From positions 1-12,526 of the forward strand of contig JBFMGU010000296.1 in assembly GCA_040752415.1 (NCBI GenBank): a stretch of DNA of 12,526 nucleotides, read 5' to 3'. Shown here in pieces: positions 6,810 through 12,526 of this stretch; positions within the stretch are counted from its first letter, which is position 1, and every line of letters begins with the position of its first letter. The notes beneath the pieces were generated by a model. The model saw only the letters and a program-made list of their open reading frames with translations. It had not been told where the DNA came from and ran no database searches. A program made the translations under genes and the position numbers. The DNA is from Myxococcota bacterium (GTDB lineage: Bacteria; Myxococcota; JACRCW01).

Positions 6810-7202
6810 ATGAGAACGCGCATCTTCGTGGGAGCCGTGGTGGTGGGGTTGACGATGGCCTCGTCGTCGTTCGTGGGAGCCAAGCCCAAGGCGGCGGCGG
6901 TGAAGACCAAGGCCGCCAAGTGCTTCGAGCTGGGAAGACTGCTCGGCAGCGCGTACGTGTCCCTCGACGCCAGCACGCGGGCACGGGCCAGTGTCCTCGA
7001 GGCGTATTGTCGGGAGACCAAGGACGCCACGCTGGGTCGCGTGCCCACGGAGCGGGATGCCGACGTGGTGGCCACCGAGCTTGCGAACGGGCAGCGCGCG
7101 CGCGGGGACAATCCCTTTGTGAACACACGCCCGCTCGATGACCAGATCAGGAAGGGCAATGACCAGGAGAAGCAGCTTCTCGACTCACTCCTGCAGCAGT
7201 AG
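6810..7202 (+). CDS. Small secreted hypothetical protein (130 aa)
   Basis: MRTRIFVGAVVVGLTMASSSFVGA signal-peptide-like N-terminus from ATG 6810; two Cys in the mature part; codons mostly end in G/C; stop TAG at 7200-7202. Confidence 0.75.
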   Translation: MRTRIFVGAVVVGLTMASSSFVGAKPKAAAVKTKAAKCFELGRLLGSAYVSLDASTRARASVLEAYCRETKDATLGRVPTERDADVVATELANGQRARGDNPFVNTRPLDDQIRKGNDQEKQLLDSLLQQ

Positions 7203-7241
7203 CCGCTTGACACCGCTTTCCGACGGAATGAAACACGCGGC

Positions 7242-9368
7242 ATGCTCGCCACGCTGCGCACCATCCCGTTCCTCCTCCTGCCGATTCTCGTCGTCAACCT
7301 GGCGTTCTCCGCGCCTCCCAGGGCCGCCGCGCCGACGGAGATTGCCGGTCGCTACAAGGGAAGCATCCAGCTGCCGAGCGGGCCGCTCGACGTCGACGTG
7401 GTGTTGAGCACCAAGCCCGACGGCACGCTCACCGGCACCATCAGCATCCCGGCGCAGAACGCGCGCGACCTGCCGCTCAGCGACTTCAAGCGCGACGGGG
7501 ACACGCTGGCGTTCTCCATTGCCGGGGTGCCGGGATCGCCGCGCTTCGAGGGCAAGCTCACCGCGGGGAAACTGGCCGGGAGCTTCACGCAGGGTGGCGG
7601 GACGTTCCCGTTCTCCGTCGAGAAACGCAGTCCCAGGGCGGAGGCGCTGGCCGCGCTGGCGGAGCTGGACAGGTTCATTGAGCAGGGCATGACCGACTGG
7701 GCCGTTCCGGGCGTGGCCATTGGCGTGGTCAAGGACGGGGAGGTGGTGCTCAGCAAGGGCTATGGGCTGCGTGACGTCGAGAAGAAGCTGCCGGTCACCA
7801 CGCGCTCGCTCTTTGCCATCGGCTCCACCACCAAGGCTTTCACCGCCACGGTGCTGGGCACCCTCGTCGACGAGGGGAAGCTGGACTGGGAGAAACCGGT
7901 GGCGCAGTACCTGCCCGGCTTCACCATGAAGGATCCCTACGCCACGCTCCACATCACGCCGCGCGACCTCGTCACCCACACCTCCGGTCTGCCGCGCCAT
8001 GATCTCGTCTGGTACAACAACCTCTCGCTCACGCGCGGGGAGGTGGTCCGTCGGCTGCGCTACCTGGAGCCCAACAAGGACCTGCTGCGCGACTGGCAAT
8101 ACAACAACATCATGTTCATGACGGCGGGCTACCTGGCGGAGCACGTCACGGGCAAGACGTGGGAACAGGCGGTGCGCGACCGCATCCTCACGCCGCTGCA
8201 GATGACCCACACCAACTTCTCCGTGAAGGACTCCGCCAAGGACGCCGACCACGCCGAGCCCTACGACGAGCGCGACGAGAAGCTCACCCGCATCCCGTTC
8301 CGCGACATCACCACCGCCGGCCCCGCGGGCTCCATCAACTCCTGCGTGGACGACATGAACCGCTGGCTGCTGCTGAACCTCTCGGGTGGCGCCGTCGACG
8401 GGAAACGCGTGGTCTCGACGGGGACGCTGCAGGAGATCCACACGCCCCGCGCGGTCATTGCCGCGCCGCCGGAGGACCCGGCCATTCCCATGGCGGCGTA
8501 TGCTTCGGGTTGGTTCGTGGACGTCTATCGCGGGCACCGGCGCATCCATCACGGCGGCAACATCGACGGTTTCTCCGCCGAGGTGATGCTCTTCCCCGAC
8601 ACCAACACCGGCATCGTGGTCCTGGTGAACCGCAACGCCACGCGCTTCCCCATCGTGCTGGCGCGCACCATGGCGGACCGGCTGCTGGGATTGCCCGCGC
8701 GCGACTGGAACAAGGAGGGCCTGGAGCGCCTCAAACGCAACAAGGCCCTGCGCAAGGAGTCCAAGGACAACAAGGGCGCGGCGCGGGTGGAGGGGACGCA
8801 CCCGTCGTTGTCATTTGACCGCTACGTGGGGCGCTACCAGCACCCGGGCTACGGTCCGCTGGAGGTGCTGGGCAACCCGGATGCGTTGAGCGTGCGCTTC
8901 AACAACCTGGACCTGCCGCTGGAGCACTGGCACTACGACGTGTTCCGCGTGGGCAAGAATGACGACGTCCCCGAGTTCGAAGGCATGCTGCTCAAGTTCC
9001 AGCTCGACGGCGACGGGCAGGTGCAGTCGGTGGGCGTGCCCCTGGAGGCGATGGTGGGCGACATCGTCTTCGAGCGGCAACCCGATGCGCGGCTATCCGA
9101 CCCGAAGTTCCTGGCCGTGCTCGCGGGCTCCTATGACCTGGCGGGGAAGCCCATGGAGTTCAGCCTGCGGGGCAACGTGCTGATGACGCAGCTGCCCGGC
9201 CAGCCAGCGCTGGAGATGGTCCCCGCACGCGGGATCTCGTTCACCATCAAGGGCATCAACGGCTACCGCGCGGAGTTCGTGCTCGCTCCCGACGGGAAGA
9301 GCGCGTCGGAGGTGCGGCTCTACAGCATGGACGGCATGATCTCCGCCAAGCGCATCAAGGGGAAGTGA
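7242..9368 (+). CDS. Secreted serine hydrolase, beta-lactamase/peptidase S12 family, with N-terminal beta-rich domain and C-terminal DUF3471-like domain(s), 708 aa
   Basis: Signal peptide; SxxK (S195, GSTTK), YxN (Y287, QYNN), HGG (H437, HHGGNIDG), LVTHTSGLP, VPGVAIGVVKDGEVV; C-terminal YVGRYQHPGYG segment typical of DUF3471. Confidence 0.95.
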   Translation: MLATLRTIPFLLLPILVVNLAFSAPPRAAAPTEIAGRYKGSIQLPSGPLDVDVVLSTKPDGTLTGTISIPAQNARDLPLSDFKRDGDTLAFSIAGVPGSPRFEGKLTAGKLAGSFTQGGGTFPFSVEKRSPRAEALAALAELDRFIEQGMTDWAVPGVAIGVVKDGEVVLSKGYGLRDVEKKLPVTTRSLFAIGSTTKAFTATVLGTLVDEGKLDWEKPVAQYLPGFTMKDPYATLHITPRDLVTHTSGLPRHDLVWYNNLSLTRGEVVRRLRYLEPNKDLLRDWQYNNIMFMTAGYLAEHVTGKTWEQAVRDRILTPLQMTHTNFSVKDSAKDADHAEPYDERDEKLTRIPFRDITTAGPAGSINSCVDDMNRWLLLNLSGGAVDGKRVVSTGTLQEIHTPRAVIAAPPEDPAIPMAAYASGWFVDVYRGHRRIHHGGNIDGFSAEVMLFPDTNTGIVVLVNRNATRFPIVLARTMADRLLGLPARDWNKEGLERLKRNKALRKESKDNKGAARVEGTHPSLSFDRYVGRYQHPGYGPLEVLGNPDALSVRFNNLDLPLEHWHYDVFRVGKNDDVPEFEGMLLKFQLDGDGQVQSVGVPLEAMVGDIVFERQPDARLSDPKFLAVLAGSYDLAGKPMEFSLRGNVLMTQLPGQPALEMVPARGISFTIKGINGYRAEFVLAPDGKSASEVRLYSMDGMISAKRIKGK

Positions 9369-9440
9369 CGTCGTGGAGCCGAGCGCCCGGCGTCGCAGGG
9401 GGGAGATGCTGGCGTTGACCACGCTGCCCATGCTGACGGG

Positions 9441-10565
9441 ATGGAGATCCACAGCGGCATGGCGGTGGCGGCGTGGATGGTGTTCCCCGCGCCGCTGCAG
9501 GCGTTGGCGCTGCTGGCGGTCCCGCTGTGTGAAGGCTGGGGGCTGTGGTTGGTGCTGCCCGCCATCCTGGGCGTGATGCAGGCGCTGCGCGTCATCCGCG
9601 CGGACCGCTGGGCGTGGGCATCCCTGGTGGCCGGCGTGACGACGATGGTGTGGGCCACCGCGCCGCTCCGCGCCTTGGTTCCCGTGGCGGTCACGGAGGC
9701 GGCGGACATCTCGGTGTGGCGTGCGCTGGTGGCGGGCCTGGAGGGTGACGTGGTGGTGACGCCGCAGACGCACGAGTTCCACCGGGACGGCGACGTGGTG
9801 CTGCAGCTGGATGCGCTGATTCCCGACGGAACCGGCCCGTTTCCCACGGCGGTGGTGGTGCACCCGGGCGGCTGGCGCGGCGGCGACAAGAGCGACTTCC
9901 CCGAGGGGAACGCGTGGCTGCTGCAGCGGGGATTCGCGGTGTTCGACGTGCAGTACCGCCTGGAGCCCGCGCCCAACTGGAAGGCGGCCGTGGGCGACGT
10001 GAAGTGCGCGATCCGTTGGGTGAAGCGGAACGCCGAGAGGTTCCACCTGCGTGACGACGGGCTGACGCTGTTGGGTCGGAGCGCGGGCGCGCACCTGGTC
10101 ATGCTGGTGGCGGGAACGCCGGGACATCCGCTGCTGCCCTCGACGTGCGAAGGGGACGATCCGGCGGTGAAGCAGGTGGTGGCCTTCTATGGTCCCACCG
10201 ACCTTGTCTACGGCTATCACAACCCCGCGAACCTGCTGGTCTACGACGGACCCGCCACGCTGCGGCGCTTCCTGGGCACAACTCCCGACGAGGACCGCAT
10301 GTTGTACGAGCTGATGTCGCCGGTGACGCACGTGACGCCGCGGATGCCGCGCACGCTGCTCTTTCACGGCGCCGCCGACCAGTACGTGCGCGTGCGACAG
10401 ATGGAGCTGATGGTGGAGCGGCTCAAGACCATGCGCGTGGAGCACCGGGCCGTGGTGCTGCCGCACGCCCAGCACGGGTTCGACTTTGCCGTGCGCGGAC
10501 TGGGTTGGCAGCTGGCCAGCGAGGTCATGGGCCAGTTCCTCGACGTGGCACGAGACGGCGGGTGA
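9441..10565 (+). CDS. Membrane-anchored alpha/beta hydrolase (HSL/family IV, BD-FAE-like esterase/lipase); true start uncertain
   Basis: Hydrophobic N-terminal segments; oxyanion motif HPGGW (HGGG variant), YRL, nucleophile elbow GRSAG (Ser codon 10080-10082), HGAADQYV (Asp) and HGFD (His). Confidence 0.92.
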   Translation: MEIHSGMAVAAWMVFPAPLQALALLAVPLCEGWGLWLVLPAILGVMQALRVIRADRWAWASLVAGVTTMVWATAPLRALVPVAVTEAADISVWRALVAGLEGDVVVTPQTHEFHRDGDVVLQLDALIPDGTGPFPTAVVVHPGGWRGGDKSDFPEGNAWLLQRGFAVFDVQYRLEPAPNWKAAVGDVKCAIRWVKRNAERFHLRDDGLTLLGRSAGAHLVMLVAGTPGHPLLPSTCEGDDPAVKQVVAFYGPTDLVYGYHNPANLLVYDGPATLRRFLGTTPDEDRMLYELMSPVTHVTPRMPRTLLFHGAADQYVRVRQMELMVERLKTMRVEHRAVVLPHAQHGFDFAVRGLGWQLASEVMGQFLDVARDGG

Positions 10566-10646
10566 TCCGTATCCGGGAATGCACACCTGTGCCCGCGCGG
10601 CACGCCACGCAGACACGGTTGGTTCACTCCCCGACGGAAGACGCGC

Positions 10647-10662
10647 GGGCATGGTCCTTGCG
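10647..10662 (+). promoter_or_regulatory. Candidate sigma-54 -24/-12 promoter
   Basis: GGGCATG-GTCC-TTGCG; exact GG-N10-GC spacing with TTGC; points at the RBS/ATG at 10698-10710. Confidence 0.55.
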
Positions 10663-10707
10663 CAGGGAGAAATCCAGCCGCGCTCCCCCTGCGGCGTGGA
10701 GGCTCCC

Positions 10708-10860
10708 ATGCGTTCCCTGCAGCTCTTCCTTGGCTCCTTCCTGGCGGGTCCGGCGTGGATGGCACGCTGGGATGCGCCACCTCCGTCGACAGCGACGCTG
10801 CTGGGCCGCGTTCCCGGGGTGCCCGCGCTGCGGCGACGTCGGGCGTCAGCGCGGCGGTGA
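10708..10860 (+). CDS. Candidate small protein (50 aa) MRSLQLFLGSFLAGPAWMARWDAPPPSTATLLGRVPGVPALRRRRASARR
   Basis: GGAGG at 10698-10702, 5 nt before the ATG; sigma-54-like promoter upstream; occupies an otherwise empty intergenic gap; 15-nt convergent overlap with the kinase gene end. Confidence 0.5.
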   Translation: MRSLQLFLGSFLAGPAWMARWDAPPPSTATLLGRVPGVPALRRRRASARR

Positions 10861-11976
10861 CGGAGGCTGGCGCGGCAGCCGGAGGGTGACGGTGGTGCCC
10901 TCGCTCGTCGTGGAGCGCACCTCCATGCGGCCGCCGTGGGTCAGGATCACCTGGTTGGCCAGGTACAGGCCGAGGCCAAGGTTTCCGTCGCCACGGCGGA
11001 TGCTCCGGGCGCGCAGCACGTCGGCGCTGGCTTCCAGCAGGTGCGGCAGCACGTCGGGCGCAATGGGCGGCCCCTCGTTCTGGAGCTGCACCACGACGTG
11101 GTCTCCGTCATCCAGCGAGCTCATCACCACCGGCTTGTCCGGCGCGCCGTGCACCAACGCGTTGCCCACCAACGCCTGCACCACCTGGGACAGCCGCAGC
11201 AGGTCCCACTGCCCGCGACCATCCCCCGACGAGCGATGCATCACCCGTCGCTCGGGATGGGACACCTCGATCTCCTCGCGCACCTGGTGACACAGCGCGT
11301 GGAGGTCCATGGGCACCGGCGTGATGGGCAGCCCCTCGCCGAGCTGGATGCGGGTGAAGTCCAGGAGCTGGTCCAACATCGTCGTGAGTCGGTCCGCGCT
11401 GCCGGCAATGCGCGCCAGGGCCTTGGCTTGCCGGTCGGTCACCGTGCCGCTGCGCACCAGGTAGTCCGCGGCCATCCGGATGGCGGCCACCGGGTTGCGC
11501 AGGTCATGGCCCAGCACGGTGAGAAGGAGGCTGCGCAGCGTCGTGGCCTCGTCGGTGCGGCCCGTTGCGGCGGGCGCCTCCATGGCCAGCGTGATGCCAT
11601 CCGGCGTGGGACACAGCAGCCAACGTTGTCTTCCGCCGGAGGCCTCCACCACAACGACGCGGGGTTGCGCGTCACCCGTGACGGCCAGCAAGCCGGGTTC
11701 CCACCCCGAGCCGCGCAGCAGGTCCGCGAGCTTCCGGCCCACCAGCCCCAAACGTTCCGCCGCGGGGTTTCCCGACGTCACCACGCCCGCACGGTCGGCG
11801 TGGATGACCGGATGGCTCCAGGCCCGCACCAGCGCCAGCACACCCTGCAACCGGGCGTCATCCGTGGATTCCCCTCGTCGTGGGCGCGCCCGGTGGTCAC
11901 CCGTGGGGGAGCGTTTCTCGAGCACGACGCTGCAACACCCCACCGCGCGCCTTGCTTCCCGCGCCCGCGCGGTCAC
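10846..11976 (-). CDS. Cytoplasmic sensor histidine kinase (PAS-like + HisKA + HATPase_c), up to 376 aa
   Basis: PAS-like PVIHADRAGVVTSGNPAAERL; H-box LGHDLRNPV; QLLDFTR; N-box RLSQVVQALVGNALVHG; G1 QNEGPPI; G2 GNLGLGLYL; HGGRMEVRS; GTTVTLRLP. GTG start overlaps the upstream TGA (GTGA, 11973-11976); a downstream start is also possible. Confidence 0.93.
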   Translation of the reverse strand: MTARAREARRAVGCCSVVLEKRSPTGDHRARPRRGESTDDARLQGVLALVRAWSHPVIHADRAGVVTSGNPAAERLGLVGRKLADLLRGSGWEPGLLAVTGDAQPRVVVVEASGGRQRWLLCPTPDGITLAMEAPAATGRTDEATTLRSLLLTVLGHDLRNPVAAIRMAADYLVRSGTVTDRQAKALARIAGSADRLTTMLDQLLDFTRIQLGEGLPITPVPMDLHALCHQVREEIEVSHPERRVMHRSSGDGRGQWDLLRLSQVVQALVGNALVHGAPDKPVVMSSLDDGDHVVVQLQNEGPPIAPDVLPHLLEASADVLRARSIRRGDGNLGLGLYLANQVILTHGGRMEVRSTTSEGTTVTLRLPRQPPSPPR

Positions 11977-12431
11977 TTCCGGGATCGCGTCTCGATCAGG
12001 CCTTCCACGACGTACGGGACGTCGACGTCACCGAGCAACGTCTGCACCGTGATGATGCCCTGCGCGTGGGCCTGCACCTGTCCCTTCTCCAGCGCGCCGC
12101 GCAACGCGCCCAGCGCCACGGCCCACGGGATGCTCACCGGGATCACGAGGTCCGCGGCGCTGTTGGCGGGGACCGTGAACACCTTCTCGTGCACGCCCTG
12201 ACCCGCGGCCTGTCCCTCGATGGTGAGCGTGTACGTCACGCGCCGCGTGGTGATGTCGTAGAAATTGCCGTTGCCGACCTTGAGGTGCGCATCCAGCGAC
12301 GTGCCGCCGATGCCCAGGCTGGTGACCTCCAGGCGCTGCAGCTCCATGAGCGGGGGCTTGAGGAGCTGGTCCCGGCAACCGGCCAGCGTCACGAGCATCA
12401 GGGCGAGGAGGAGGGAGGCAATCCGTGGCAT
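11973..12431 (-). CDS. LEA type 2 / WHy-domain lipoprotein (152 aa)
   Basis: Lipobox LAGC (C19) after a hydrophobic core; LKVGNGNFYDI, YTLTIEGQAAGQG and FTVPANSAADLVIPV match the LEA_2 pattern (NPN-like, vpa). Confidence 0.88.
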   Translation of the reverse strand: MPRIASLLLALMLVTLAGCRDQLLKPPLMELQRLEVTSLGIGGTSLDAHLKVGNGNFYDITTRRVTYTLTIEGQAAGQGVHEKVFTVPANSAADLVIPVSIPWAVALGALRGALEKGQVQAHAQGIITVQTLLGDVDVPYVVEGLIETRSRK

Positions 12432-12526
12432 GGGCGCACCCTATAGCGTGGGCGGTGCGGGTGATGGAATGCGGCGCGTGTCGTCGTGGCGGCGGGTGCG
12501 GGCGGGGGCGGGGATGGACAGCGGGG

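Noticed and set aside
7242..9368. Antibiotic-resistance (AmpC) call
   Set aside because: HGG in place of KTG and extra DUF3471-like domains point to the broad S12 peptidase/esterase group; there is no mobile context.
9366..9440. Serine hydrolase and alpha/beta hydrolase are in the same frame, separated by one TGA (read-through or selenocysteine fusion?)
   Set aside because: The intervening 24 codons have poor codon bias, no SECIS-like hairpin is evident, and stop-free stretches this short are expected at this GC content. A frameshift or independent start explains it better.
7185..10709. Long minus-strand ORFs 7185..8801 and 9093..10709 (likewise 2931..4616 and plus-strand 10936..12201)
   Set aside because: Antisense shadows of well-supported genes; no motifs.
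12441..12526. G-rich edge: G-quadruplex-like GGGTGCGGGCGGGGGCGGGG (12494-12513), possible tail of a minus-strand gene ending at TAG 12441, or start of a plus-strand gene at ATG 12469
   Set aside because: Under 90 nt at the window edge; the three readings cannot be distinguished without flanking sequence.

Overview
High-GC bacterial DNA. PEGA domains, sigma-54-type promoters and an 'NEGPPI'-type histidine kinase suggest a Myxococcota-like or delta-proteobacterial source (inference). Genes in order: (-) a partial secreted/membrane protein missing from the ORF track (signal peptide, HtrA/trypsin-like domain lacking its catalytic residues, PEGA repeats, TM segments); (-) DUF4097-like lipoprotein with a near-consensus sigma-54 promoter; (+) acyl-CoA dehydrogenase; a hairpin-rich convergent intergenic region; (-) GT9 heptosyltransferase-like protein with a degenerate donor-binding motif; (-) 299-aa hypothetical protein; (+) 130-aa secreted protein; (+) beta-lactamase-family serine hydrolase; (+) membrane-anchored alpha/beta hydrolase with a possible 5' frameshift; (+) candidate 50-aa small ORF with its own sigma-54 promoter and RBS; (-) orphan PAS-histidine kinase translationally coupled to (-) an LEA_2/WHy lipoprotein. 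I found no rRNA, tRNA, CRISPR array or mobile element. A new system cannot be established from sequence alone. The best leads are the pseudo-protease-PEGA protein, the sigma-54 small ORF, the structured 4188-4401 element and the degenerate GT9. All family assignments are by eye, without database searches.
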